64,000 nt of DNA from an uncultured Halobacteriales archaeon (GTDB taxonomy: Archaea; Halobacteriota; Halobacteria; Halobacteriales; Haloarculaceae), in assembly GCA_964471665.1 (NCBI GenBank), contig CAYYHG010000002.1:3748-67747 (forward strand), in the 5' to 3' direction. This document shows positions 47,492-56,576 of the stretch, piece after piece. Below the pieces are notes generated by a model that searched no databases, had not been told where the DNA came from, and saw only the letters and a program-made list of their open reading frames with translations. A program made the position numbers and the translations under genes. The stretch's first letter is position 1, and each line of letters starts with the position of its first letter.

Positions 47492-47698
47492 ATGGCTGTG
47501 ACCATCGACACGCCCGACCGGGACGAACCCTGCGAGTACTGCGGGTCGCGCGTCTTCGAACACGACCCGCTCTGTGTGCGCGACTGCACCGTCGACTGCG
47601 GGGCACCCGCCTACTTCTGTAACTACGCGTGCCTGTCGGCCCACATCGAGGAGGCGAACCTGACCGCCGGCGACGCCTGCGAGTGGTCCCCGGAGTGA
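47492..47698 (+). CDS. Small Cys-rich protein (68 aa), TRASH/zinc-finger-like
   Basis: ATG at 47492 (MAVTIDTPDRDEPCEYCGSRVFEHDPLCVRDCTVDCGAPAYFCNYACLSAHIEE...). CxxC ... FCxxxC spacing is reminiscent of TRASH domains. Its stop overlaps the mutase start (gTGATG). Confidence 0.55.
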   Translation: MAVTIDTPDRDEPCEYCGSRVFEHDPLCVRDCTVDCGAPAYFCNYACLSAHIEEANLTAGDACEWSPE

Positions 47699-49008
47699 TG
47701 TTCGGGACGAGCGGCGTTCGCGGCCCGGTCGGCGAGACGGTCACCGCCGACCTGGCGCTCTCGGTCGGGCGGGCAGTCGGTATCGACGCCGACCGCGTCG
47801 TCGTGGGACGCGACCCCCGCGAGAGCGGTCGCCTCCTGATCGACGCGCTGGCGGCCGGGCTGCGCGAATCGGGGACAGACGTCGTCGACGTCGGGCTCGC
47901 GGCCACGCCGACAGTCGCCCGCGGCGTCGGGTGGACGGGTGCCGACGCCGGCGTCGCGGTCACCGCCTCGCACAACCCGCCGCCGGACAACGGACTGAAA
48001 CTCTGGCAGCCCACCGGCCAGGCGTTCGACACCGACGCCCGCGAGCGGATCGCGGATCGCGTCCGCGAGGACGCCGCCGACCTCGTTCCCTGGGATCGGG
48101 TCGGCGACCGGGTCTCCGAGAATCTGCGGGCACGACACCGCGACGCGCTCGTCGAGGCAATCGACCTCGAGGGGTCGCTGTCGGTCGTCGTCGACGTCGG
48201 CAACGGTGCCGGCGGCGTGACGGTCGACGCGCTGACGGCACTGGGCTGTGACGTCGAGACGCTGAACGCCCAGCCCGACGGCTCGTTCCCGGGCCGACCG
48301 AGCGAACCCACCGCGGAGAACTGCCGTGCCCTCGGTGCCCTCGTGGCCAACTCCGGGGCCGACCTCGGGATCGCACACGACGGCGACGCCGACCGGACGC
48401 GGGCAGCCACGGCCGACGGCGAGTTCGTCTCGGGGGACGTGTTGCTGACCATCTTCGGACGGGCCGCCGCGGGCGCTGGCGAGCGCGTCGCCGTGCCGGT
48501 CGACACGAGTCTCGCCGTCGAGGACGCGCTCGATTCGGCGGGGATCGGGACGGCGCGCACGCCCGTGGGAGACGTCTACGTCGCCGAACAGGCCACACAG
48601 CCAGACGTGGCGTTCGGTGGCGAACCCAGCGGTGCGTGGATCTGGCCCGAGACGACGCTGTGTCCCGACGGCCCGCTCGCGGCCTGCAGACTGGCAGCGC
48701 TGTGTGCCGAGCGACCGCTGGCCGAGCGCGCGGCGGCAATCGACACCTACCCGATCCGGCGCACCAGCGTCGACGTGGCGGACAGGCGTGCCGTGATGAC
48801 CCGGGTTCGGGAACACGTCCAGGCACACTACGAGGCGGTGTCGACGCTCGATGGCGTCCGCGTCGACCTCGGGGACGGCTGGTTCCTGCTGCGGGCCAGC
48901 GGCACCCAGCCCCTCGTTCGGATCACTGCGGAGGCACGGGACTCCGACCGTGCCGACGCCGTCTTCGAGGACGCGCGTGCGATCGTAGAGTCGGTCGTCG
49001 CGGAGTGA
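47698..49008 (+). CDS. Phosphohexomutase (phosphoglucosamine mutase / phosphomannomutase family)
   Basis: ATG at 47698 (MFGTSGVRG). Active-site TASHNPPPDNG, Mg-binding AHDGDADR, GEPSG sugar-binding loop, C-terminal RASGTQP. Confidence 0.9.
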   Translation: MFGTSGVRGPVGETVTADLALSVGRAVGIDADRVVVGRDPRESGRLLIDALAAGLRESGTDVVDVGLAATPTVARGVGWTGADAGVAVTASHNPPPDNGLKLWQPTGQAFDTDARERIADRVREDAADLVPWDRVGDRVSENLRARHRDALVEAIDLEGSLSVVVDVGNGAGGVTVDALTALGCDVETLNAQPDGSFPGRPSEPTAENCRALGALVANSGADLGIAHDGDADRTRAATADGEFVSGDVLLTIFGRAAAGAGERVAVPVDTSLAVEDALDSAGIGTARTPVGDVYVAEQATQPDVAFGGEPSGAWIWPETTLCPDGPLAACRLAALCAERPLAERAAAIDTYPIRRTSVDVADRRAVMTRVREHVQAHYEAVSTLDGVRVDLGDGWFLLRASGTQPLVRITAEARDSDRADAVFEDARAIVESVVAE

Positions 49009-49122
49009 CCGGCGGCCGTCGGTCTCGTGGGCGGTCGGACAGTGTCGGAACTGGTAGCGTGATAGTCCGCGAGAATGGAGGCGACGCCCCGGGAGGGTCG
49101 TCAGACGCTGTGCCGGGCAGAG

Positions 49123-49281
49123 TTACCCGCGACGCGTCGACCGGGCCTTGCGGACGTCGGCCCCGTCCCGTATCTTGTCTTCGCACTGTGGACAGACCCG
49201 CGGTTTGTCGACGCCGTTTGGCGTGAAAACCCGCGCGTAGTCGGACGTGACGAATGCACCGCAGTTCTGGCATTCCGGCAT
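49123..49281 (-). CDS. Small zinc-ribbon microprotein (52 aa, CxxC...CPxC)
   Basis: Not in the track. Minus-strand translation: MPECQNCGAFVTSDYARVFTPNGVDKPRVCPQCEDKIRDGADVRKARSTRRG, stop TAA (plus-strand tta 49123-49125). Paralog of 57740..57889. Confidence 0.6.
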   Translation of the reverse strand: MPECQNCGAFVTSDYARVFTPNGVDKPRVCPQCEDKIRDGADVRKARSTRRG

Positions 49282-49356
49282 ACACACCAACGATTGTGGG
49301 CACCCGTCTTAATTATTTGTGATGTAGGACGACCGTCTCTGCGTGCTGGCGGCGCG

Positions 49357-49935
49357 TCAAAACGAGGCCGTGATCGTGCCGTTCTCGTCGAGTTCGAGAC
49401 TGGCGTCGAACAGCTCGCAAAATTCTGTGACGGTCCGGTCGTCGTGGACGCCCCCCGCGAGGTGAAAGAGACCGACGGCGTCGTGGTCGTCGAGGAGTCC
49501 CTGGATGGCCGCCACGGCTTCCCTGACCTGTGCTTCGTCGGCGTAGTAGATCATCTCGGTGACAGAATCGACGGTGACGCGTCGCTTCCCCTCTGTCGAT
49601 TCGAGGAACTCCCGCGTCTGGTCGACGATGCCGTCGAGGTCCTCCGGCGTGGCGGCGTAGCGGACCCGCTCGGTCTTTCGCCGGGTGTACCCGCGCTCGA
49701 CCGAGACCGTATCGAGAATGGTGGCCTTGTCGTCGTCGATGCCGTAGTGGTCGAGTTTCTGGCGGATCTCGCGGGCGGTCGTGCGCGTGGAGACGACCAG
49801 CAGGTGGTCCGTGTCGGATTTCAGGAAGTCCGTGTCCACGCGGTCAGTCTCTGCCGTACTCGGGTGGACGAGCAGGATGGCCGTCCCGCCGGGCACCCGC
49901 TCCGGCGCGTTCTCGATCGACAGCGTGTACTCCAT
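49357..49935 (-). CDS. Hypothetical protein, RecA/KaiC-like fold suspected, no P-loop
   Basis: 192-aa acidic ORF. The layout resembles KaiC/RecA-type ATPase domains (PGGTAILLVHPS..., LLVVSTR, VTVDSVTEMIYY). The Walker A position reads HPSTAETD instead of GxxGxGKT. Confidence 0.5.
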   Translation of the reverse strand: MEYTLSIENAPERVPGGTAILLVHPSTAETDRVDTDFLKSDTDHLLVVSTRTTAREIRQKLDHYGIDDDKATILDTVSVERGYTRRKTERVRYAATPEDLDGIVDQTREFLESTEGKRRVTVDSVTEMIYYADEAQVREAVAAIQGLLDDHDAVGLFHLAGGVHDDRTVTEFCELFDASLELDENGTITASF

Positions 49936-50037
49936 GTACCCGTGACGGCGGCACGGAACGACTTAACTGCCCTGATCGTTCAGAACGGTAGCCACCCGGA
50001 CCCCGGAACATTTGACGGTCGACACACAACCGCGATT

Positions 50038-50619
50038 ATGGCAGCCCCACCGACCGTCGTCGCACTGGCCGGGAGCCTCCGCGACGACAGTTACACGCGC
50101 ATCGCACTCGAGTACGCGCTCGACGCCGCGGACGGTCGCGGCGCCGGGACAGCCCTGGTCGACCTCCGGACCGTCGAGTTGCCGGTCTTCGACCCCGACC
50201 ACGGGGACGCTGGCGACGCCGAACGAGTCCGGGAGCAGATCAGGACCGCCGACAGCGTCATCCTGGGGACGCCGATGTACCACGGCTCGTTCGCGGCGCC
50301 GCTGAAGAACGCGCTGGACTACTGCGGGTTCGACGAGTTCGAGAACACGACCGTCGGATTGCTCGGCGTCTCGGGGGGGAGTTTCCCTATCACTGCGCTC
50401 GATCACCTCCGGTCGGTCTGCCGGGCACTCGACGCCTGGGTGCTCCCCTACCAGGCCGCGGTTCCGAACTCCAACTCGGAGTTCGAGGACGGCACGTTCG
50501 TCGACGAGGACCTGGCCAACCGCGTCGCCGTGCTCGGGGAACGCGCCGTCGAGTACGCCTCCATCCAGCCCGACCCCGCTTGCTTCGAGAGCGGCCAGAA
50601 CGTCGGCGCGGGTGACTGA
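50038..50619 (+). CDS. NADPH-dependent FMN reductase family protein
   Basis: Track ORF 49075..50619 trimmed to the ATG at 50038 (MAAPPTVVALAGSLRDDSYTR). GTPMYHGSFAAPLKNALD motif typical of NAD(P)H-dependent FMN reductases. Confidence 0.85.
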   Translation: MAAPPTVVALAGSLRDDSYTRIALEYALDAADGRGAGTALVDLRTVELPVFDPDHGDAGDAERVREQIRTADSVILGTPMYHGSFAAPLKNALDYCGFDEFENTTVGLLGVSGGSFPITALDHLRSVCRALDAWVLPYQAAVPNSNSEFEDGTFVDEDLANRVAVLGERAVEYASIQPDPACFESGQNVGAGD

Positions 50620-50669
50620 TACTGCCGGCGACAGTCTCTGGCAGACGGAGACGGCGTGTCACAACCGTC

Positions 50670-51305
50670 ATGTCGGCTCGTGCCGTACACTCGGGTGTGA
50701 CACAGTGGGTCGAGAACCCGGATCTGGGGCGGGAGCGCGGTCCCGTCGCGCTCCTGCGAGCGTGGGTCGAGGTGCTCGTCTCGCCCCGCCGGTTCTTCCG
50801 GACCAAAGTCGCACCGGGTGACCAGGCCCCGGGCGTGACCTTCGCCGCGGCCGTGGTGCTCGCCGCGGAGACGACCAGGGTCGCACTCGGCGGCGGCTAC
50901 CCTGTCGTCGGCGGACAGCCGGCACTCTCGGCAGTGCTCTGGGTCCTGCTCGTGACCGTCCTCGTCGCACCCGCGGGCATCCACCTGATAGCAGCCCTCC
51001 AGACGGTCGTCCTGATCGCAGCCGTCGCGGACCGGGCGGGTGTCAGCGAGACGGTCCAGGTCATCTGTTACGCGCTCGCCCCGTGCGTGCTCGTCGGCCT
51101 CCCGAGCGTCCACGTCCAGGCTGCCGTGGTCCTGTGGGGAGGGGGCCTGTTCGTGCTCGGGATGGCGACGGTCCACGACATCCCGCTCCCGACCGCCCTC
51201 GGTGTGACAGCGATCCCGGCCCTGCTCGTGTTCGGATACGGGTTCGGCGGGACCACCGCGGTACTCGCGGTGCTAGAGACCGTGCGGACGGCGGCCGGCG
51301 TGTGA
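50670..51305 (+). CDS. YIP1-family-like integral membrane protein
   Basis: 211-aa ORF. Soluble N-terminus (LLRAWVEVLVSPRRFF) followed by about five hydrophobic helices. Confidence 0.6.
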   Translation: MSARAVHSGVTQWVENPDLGRERGPVALLRAWVEVLVSPRRFFRTKVAPGDQAPGVTFAAAVVLAAETTRVALGGGYPVVGGQPALSAVLWVLLVTVLVAPAGIHLIAALQTVVLIAAVADRAGVSETVQVICYALAPCVLVGLPSVHVQAAVVLWGGGLFVLGMATVHDIPLPTALGVTAIPALLVFGYGFGGTTAVLAVLETVRTAAGV

Positions 51306-51380
51306 CCGGCGACTGCCTCGCTGTCCTGTGTGGCTCCCGGAGAGCGGAGCCGTTTTGACGCCCGCGCTGTATCGTCACGT

Positions 51381-51644
51381 ATGCTCAGTCTCGACCTGGA
51401 CCGGTTCATGTTCGAACTGAAAGACGGCGCGCTCAAACACGTCGGGCCCTCCAACCGGGCAGCGACCGCCAAACTGTACGACGTCGAGGGCGTGGAGGTC
51501 CGCGAGTTCGGCGACAAGCGCGTCAAGCTCGCCTTCGAGGACGAGGACGGCAACGAGGTGGAGGTGGCGCTGTTTCCCGAGGACGCCCGCGAGGTCGCCC
51601 GCGGGCTGGAACTGCTCGAAGAGGAGAGCGAGACCGTCGAGTAA
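51381..51644 (+). CDS. Small acidic hypothetical protein (87 aa)
   Basis: ATG at 51381 (MLSLDLDRFMFELKDGALKHV...). Coding-like acidic composition. No recognisable motif. Confidence 0.5.
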   Translation: MLSLDLDRFMFELKDGALKHVGPSNRAATAKLYDVEGVEVREFGDKRVKLAFEDEDGNEVEVALFPEDAREVARGLELLEEESETVE

Positions 51645-51723
51645 GACGATCGTTAGAGCCCCGTCCCGGTACTCGCCGACCCCGGGCGGCGACATACCGA
51701 ACGGGACGACAACAGGCGGCGTG

Positions 51724-51804
51724 ATAGTGATTGCTGTAAGCCATTACTGGATCGACCGCAAGACTCGAGCGGTCGAAACGGTAATTCGTTACAGCAATCA
51801 CTAT
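51724..51804. repeat. 81-nt compound palindromic element, copy 2
   Basis: ATAGTGATTGCTGTAA (51724-51739) is perfectly complementary to TTACAGCAATCACTAT (51789-51804). Inner TCGACCGC / GCGGTCGA stem as in copy 1 (44037-44119). Confidence 0.85.
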
Positions 51805-51867
51805 GAGACCCGGTTCGAGAGGTCCGATTCGACAACCGTTTTAGGGCGGGACCGCTTGTGCCTTCCA

Positions 51868-53952
51868 ATGGGTTCGTGTATCATCTGCGGTACGTCTGTC
51901 GACGGTCGCATCTGTGCGCTCCACCAGGAAGACGTCGTCTTCGAGTTTCGCGGGAACCATCCCGACGAACTGACAGCCGGGCGCTACTACCGCGGGACGG
52001 TCGACGGCTTCGCGGAGTTCGGCGTCTTCGTCGACGTCGGCGACAGCGTCACCGGCCTCCTGCACAAGAGTGAACTCGACCAGCGCCTCGAGAGTCTCGA
52101 CTGGGACCCCGGCGACACCGTGTTCGTCCAGGTCCAGAACGTGCGCGACAACGGCAACGTCGACCTCGGCTGGTCGATCCGCCAGGACGAGTCTGCGTTC
52201 CGCGGAACGCTCATCGACGACCCGGACGCGGACGCGGAACTGCTCGCCGAGAAAGAGGAGACGGCCGCCGAGTCGGGCCCGCCCGCGTCGACCGACACCG
52301 GCGAACAGAAATCGACCCCGATTTCGTCGGCAGACGGATCGGACGCGGCGGCCGCCGAACCGTCGGGCACGGAGTCCCCCGAACAATCGGAGACTCCGAC
52401 CGACGGCGAGACCGATCGGGCGGAGCCAGCAGATCTCTCACTGGTGACCATCGACGACCTCGAGGGCCACGTCGACGACCGCGTCCGCGTCGAGGGAGAG
52501 GTCGCGACCGCCCGCCAGACGAGCGGGCCGACGGTCTTCGAGATCCGCGACGAGACGGCCACGGTCGACTGTGCCGCCTTCGAGGAGGCGGGCGTCCGGG
52601 CCTATCCCGAGGTCGAGGAGGGCGACGTCGTCCGCCTCGAGGGCGAGGTCGAGCGCCGCCGCGGCGAACTCCAGGTCGAAACAGAGGCACTGGTCGTCCT
52701 CGAAAACGAGGAACGCGACGCCGTGACCGAGCGCATGGAGGAGGCGATGGTCGCACGCGCACGCCCGGACTCCGTCGAGCCACTGGCCGAAGACCCCGCC
52801 GTCGAGGCCGTGTCTGGACCGATCCGTGACGCCGCGACGGCGATCCGTCGGGCAGTTCTGGAAGGACGACCGATCGTCGTCAGGCACAGCGCCTCCGCGG
52901 ACGGCTACCTCGCGGGCGTCGCCATCGAGCGGGCGACGCTCCCGATGATCCGCCAGCAACACCGGGACGGGGACGCGGAGTACCATTTCTTCGACCGCCG
53001 TCCGCTCGAGGGATCGGTCTACGACATGGACGACGCCACCGGCGACGTGACCTCGATGCTGGAAAACAGCGCGCGCCACGGCGAGTCGATCCCGCTGTTC
53101 GTGTTCGTCGCCGCCGGGGCAACCGCGGAGTCACTCGACGGCCTGGAGTTGCTGGACATCTACGACGCCCGCCGGGTCGTCGTCGAGGACCGCGTCGTCG
53201 ACGAGGCGGTCGCCGAAGCGGTCGAGACTGTGGTCAGCCCGGCACTCACCGGCGGCACCGAGACCGCCGCGACGGCACTGGCTGCCAACGTCGCCGCACA
53301 CGTGAACGGCAACGTCCGCGCGGACCTCCGGCACCTCCCGGCGGTCGGGTTCTGGGAGGACACCCCCGCGTCCTACGCCGACCTCGCGGCCGAGGCGGGG
53401 TACGACGCCGACGCGGTCCGTGAACTCCGGGAAGCGGTCGCCCTGGAGGCGTACTACCAGTCCTACGAGGACAAGCGGGAACTCGTCACCGACCTGGCCT
53501 TTACCGACCGCGAGGAGTCCCGGGGGCTGGCCGCAAACGTCAGCGAACAGTTCCGGACGAAGATGGACGCCGAAATCGACACCGCGGAGGCGAACCTCGA
53601 ACGACAGACGGTCGACGGCGAGACGGTTCTCGTGCTGGACACGGACGCGTACACCCACCAATACGAGTTCCCGCCCGAGGAACTGTTGCTGGACGAACTG
53701 TACCGCCGCCACAGCGACGAGGCGGCCGCGCTGGTCGGCGTCGCGACCGACGAGGCGTTCGTCCGTTCGGGGGCCGACATCGACGTGCGGACGCTGGTCG
53801 AACAGGCCGCCGACGCCGCCCCCGCGGCCGGCCTGGACGCCCGCGGCGCCCGCGAGGGACGGATCGAGTTCCTCTCGGGCGAGCGCGAGGCCGTCCGGGA
53901 GGCGCTCCTCGAGTCACTCGCGAACGCGCTCTCGCCCGCGCCAGAAGCGTGA
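51868..53952 (+). CDS. RecJ-like DHH-family phosphoesterase with N-terminal Zn-ribbon, S1 and OB-fold domains
   Basis: Track ORF 51721..53952 trimmed to the ATG at 51868 (MGSCIICGTSVDGRICALH). S1-like YRGTVDGFAEFGVFVDVGDSVTGLLHKSEL, an OB segment (VRVEGEVATARQTSGPTVFEIRDETATVDCAAF), then a DHH-like domain (VVRHSASADGYLAG). Confidence 0.75.
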   Translation: MGSCIICGTSVDGRICALHQEDVVFEFRGNHPDELTAGRYYRGTVDGFAEFGVFVDVGDSVTGLLHKSELDQRLESLDWDPGDTVFVQVQNVRDNGNVDLGWSIRQDESAFRGTLIDDPDADAELLAEKEETAAESGPPASTDTGEQKSTPISSADGSDAAAAEPSGTESPEQSETPTDGETDRAEPADLSLVTIDDLEGHVDDRVRVEGEVATARQTSGPTVFEIRDETATVDCAAFEEAGVRAYPEVEEGDVVRLEGEVERRRGELQVETEALVVLENEERDAVTERMEEAMVARARPDSVEPLAEDPAVEAVSGPIRDAATAIRRAVLEGRPIVVRHSASADGYLAGVAIERATLPMIRQQHRDGDAEYHFFDRRPLEGSVYDMDDATGDVTSMLENSARHGESIPLFVFVAAGATAESLDGLELLDIYDARRVVVEDRVVDEAVAEAVETVVSPALTGGTETAATALAANVAAHVNGNVRADLRHLPAVGFWEDTPASYADLAAEAGYDADAVRELREAVALEAYYQSYEDKRELVTDLAFTDREESRGLAANVSEQFRTKMDAEIDTAEANLERQTVDGETVLVLDTDAYTHQYEFPPEELLLDELYRRHSDEAAALVGVATDEAFVRSGADIDVRTLVEQAADAAPAAGLDARGAREGRIEFLSGEREAVREALLESLANALSPAPEA

Positions 53953-53953
53953 C

Positions 53954-55606
53954 ATGAGCACCGACAGCCCGGCAGACTCGGACGCGTTCGAGCGCGTCTG
54001 TGAGGAACTCGTCGAGCGCGTCCTCGAGGGCGACCTCGACCGCGAGAACCTCGAGGACGCGAAGACCGAGGTCTGCGGAGCGCACGCCTCGCCGAAAGTC
54101 CCCAAAAACTCCGAACTGCTCGATTACGCGCCCCAGGAGCGGCGCGAAGAACTCGAGGAGGTCCTCCGGCGCAAGCCAGTCCGGACCGCCTCGGGCGTCT
54201 CCCCCGTGGCGATCATGACCTCGCCCCACCGGTGTCCACACGGGAAGTGCCTCTACTGTCCGGGAGGGCCAGACTCGGAGTTCTCCAGCGCACAGAGCTA
54301 CACCGGCCACGAACCGGCAGCGGCCCGCGGGAAACAGAACGACTACGACCCCTACGGCCAGGTCACCCTGCGGCTGGAACAACTCCGGAAGATCGGCCAC
54401 CCCGTCGACAAGGCCGAACTCATCCTGATGGGCGGAACGATGACTGCCCGCAGCCACGACTACCAGGAGTGGTTCGTCAAGCGCGCCCTGGAGGCGATGA
54501 ACGACTACGACCCCGAAAGCGTTCCCGACCCTGCCCAGGACCGGAGTTTCGCCCAGGATCCCGACGAGTACGAGTTCCGGTACGTGGAGGACGTCATCGC
54601 GGAAAACGAGACCGCCGACGTCCGCAACGTCGCGACCACGTTCGAGACAAAACCCGACTGGTGTGACCCGGAACAGATCGACCGGATGCTCGCGCTGGGC
54701 GGGACGAAAGTCGAGGTCGGCGTCCAGACCACGTACGAGCGGATCAACCGCGAGATGCACCGCGGTCACGGCGTCCAGGCCTCCATCGACGCCAACCGAC
54801 GCCTCCGGGACGCGGGCTTCAAAGTCGGCTTTCACATGATGCCCGGCCAGCCCGGCATGTCCAGGGAGATGTGTCTGGAGGACTTCCGGCGGCTGTTCGA
54901 GCGCCAGGCCTACCGGCCCGACTATCTCAAGATCTATCCGACGCTCGTGGTGGAGGGGACTGCCGTCTACGACTGGTGGCACCGCGACGAGTTCGAGCCA
55001 CTCGGGAACGAGGAGGCCGCCGACCTCGTCGCGGAGATCAAGTCACTGATTCCCCGGTACACGCGCCTCCAGCGCGTCCAGCGGGACATCCCGGCCGACT
55101 TCATCGAGGGCGGCGTCTGGAAGTCGAACCTCCGGCAACTCGCCCGCCAGCGGATGGCCGACCACGGCTGGACCTGCGAGTGTATCCGGTGTCGGGAGGT
55201 CGGCCACAGCGACGGCGAGCCCCAGGACGTCACGCTGGAGGTCGACACCTACGAGGCCGCGTGTGGCACCGAACACTTCATCAGTTTCGAGGACCGCGAC
55301 CGGGACCTCCTCGTGGGCTTTTGTCGCCTGCGGTTCCCGAACGACCCCGTGCGCCGCGAGCTACAGGACGCGGCCGTGGTCCGCGAACTGCACGTCTACG
55401 GCAACGAGGTCGGCGTCGGCGAGGGAGCCGGCGACGGCCACCAGCACCGGGGCTACGGCCGCCGACTCCTCGGGCGCGCGGAAGCGATCGCCGCCGACGC
55501 CGGCTTCGAGACGCTGGCCGTCCTCAGCGGGATCGGCGTCCGCCAGTACTACCGCGAGAAGCTCGGGTACAAACAGGACGGCCCGTACGTCTCCAAACGA
55601 CTGTAG
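53954..55606 (+). CDS. elp3: tRNA uridine(34) modification radical-SAM/GNAT enzyme Elp3
   Basis: ATG at 53954. Radical-SAM cluster CPHGKCLYCPGG, C-terminal GNAT domain (HQHRGYGRRLL). About 550 aa, as in archaeal Elp3. Confidence 0.9.
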   Translation: MSTDSPADSDAFERVCEELVERVLEGDLDRENLEDAKTEVCGAHASPKVPKNSELLDYAPQERREELEEVLRRKPVRTASGVSPVAIMTSPHRCPHGKCLYCPGGPDSEFSSAQSYTGHEPAAARGKQNDYDPYGQVTLRLEQLRKIGHPVDKAELILMGGTMTARSHDYQEWFVKRALEAMNDYDPESVPDPAQDRSFAQDPDEYEFRYVEDVIAENETADVRNVATTFETKPDWCDPEQIDRMLALGGTKVEVGVQTTYERINREMHRGHGVQASIDANRRLRDAGFKVGFHMMPGQPGMSREMCLEDFRRLFERQAYRPDYLKIYPTLVVEGTAVYDWWHRDEFEPLGNEEAADLVAEIKSLIPRYTRLQRVQRDIPADFIEGGVWKSNLRQLARQRMADHGWTCECIRCREVGHSDGEPQDVTLEVDTYEAACGTEHFISFEDRDRDLLVGFCRLRFPNDPVRRELQDAAVVRELHVYGNEVGVGEGAGDGHQHRGYGRRLLGRAEAIAADAGFETLAVLSGIGVRQYYREKLGYKQDGPYVSKRL

Positions 55607-55650
55607 CCGGCACAACCAGTATAAACCCCCCGCGCCCAATTGTACCCCGA

Positions 55651-56154
55651 ATGTTCGAAGAGATAATGGAGAAGTTCTCGGACTCGCCGAGCCAGCAGCG
55701 GGTCATCCGGCTGCTCCTGGAGCGGGGGTTTTCGGTCAACGACGAGGGGCGGGTCGTCTCGGGCGGGATCGAGATCCCCGACACCGGCATCGCCCGCGAG
55801 GTGGGCGTCGACCGTCGGGTGGTCGACGCGACGACCGACGCCATCCTGGCGGACGAGAACCTCCGGCCGATCTTCCAGAACATCTCCGCGATTCCCAGCC
55901 TGATGGATCTGGCACCGGTGCTGGACCTGACGGTGCTGACCGTGGCCGTCGGGAACGCCGAGGAGTCGGGCATCGTCGCCACCGTCACGACCGCCATCGC
56001 GGAGCGTGACATCTCGATCCGGCAGGCGATCACCGAGGATCCGGAGTTCACCGACGAACCGGTGTTGTACGTCATCACGGACGCCGAACTCCCCGGCGAC
56101 CTCATCAACGAGATTCGTGCCATGGAGTTCGTCCGCCGGATCGAACTGGTCTGA
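55651..56154 (+). CDS. ACT-domain regulatory protein (HTH-like N-terminus plus ACT C-terminus)
   Basis: ATG at 55651 (MFEEIMEKFSDSPSQQRVIRLLLERGFSV). The C-terminal beta-alpha-beta-beta-alpha-beta-like segment (LTVLTVAVGNAEESGIVATVTTAIAERDISIRQ) is typical of ACT. Confidence 0.65.
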   Translation: MFEEIMEKFSDSPSQQRVIRLLLERGFSVNDEGRVVSGGIEIPDTGIAREVGVDRRVVDATTDAILADENLRPIFQNISAIPSLMDLAPVLDLTVLTVAVGNAEESGIVATVTTAIAERDISIRQAITEDPEFTDEPVLYVITDAELPGDLINEIRAMEFVRRIELV

Positions 56155-56184
56155 ACGGATGCAGCCTGCCTCTAGGAGCGAGCC

Positions 56185-56526
56185 GTGACCGACGCCCCGC
56201 CGGACTGTGGGCCCCACACCGTCGTCGTCGAGCACGCCGGGACCACGACGTCGCTGTCCGTCGACCACGGCCGCGTGCTGCGCGACGCCCTCCGGGCCGC
56301 CGGGATTTCGCCCCACAGCACCGCCGGCCGCCGGGTCAACTGCGGCGGCCGTGGGCTCTGTGCGACCTGTGGCGTCCGGGTGGCGGACCCGCCCGACCCC
56401 GATCACTGGCACGACAGTCTGGCCGCCCGCTTCGGGTATCCGAGGCTGTCCTGTCAGCTCCGCGTGACCCGCGACATGCAGGTCCGGATCCCCGACAAGC
56501 GCGTCTGGGGCCGACGCGAGCGATGA
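56185..56526 (+). CDS. 2Fe-2S ferredoxin-like protein
   Basis: GTG start at 56185. Cys motif CGGRGLCATCG ... LSCQ (Cx5Cx2C...C) within a beta-grasp-sized 113-aa ORF. Confidence 0.7.
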   Translation: MTDAPPDCGPHTVVVEHAGTTTSLSVDHGRVLRDALRAAGISPHSTAGRRVNCGGRGLCATCGVRVADPPDPDHWHDSLAARFGYPRLSCQLRVTRDMQVRIPDKRVWGRRER

Positions 56527-56576
56527 CAGCGACGGGAACCGAACGAAATTAGGCCGGCGGTGTTCGTCCACCGTTC

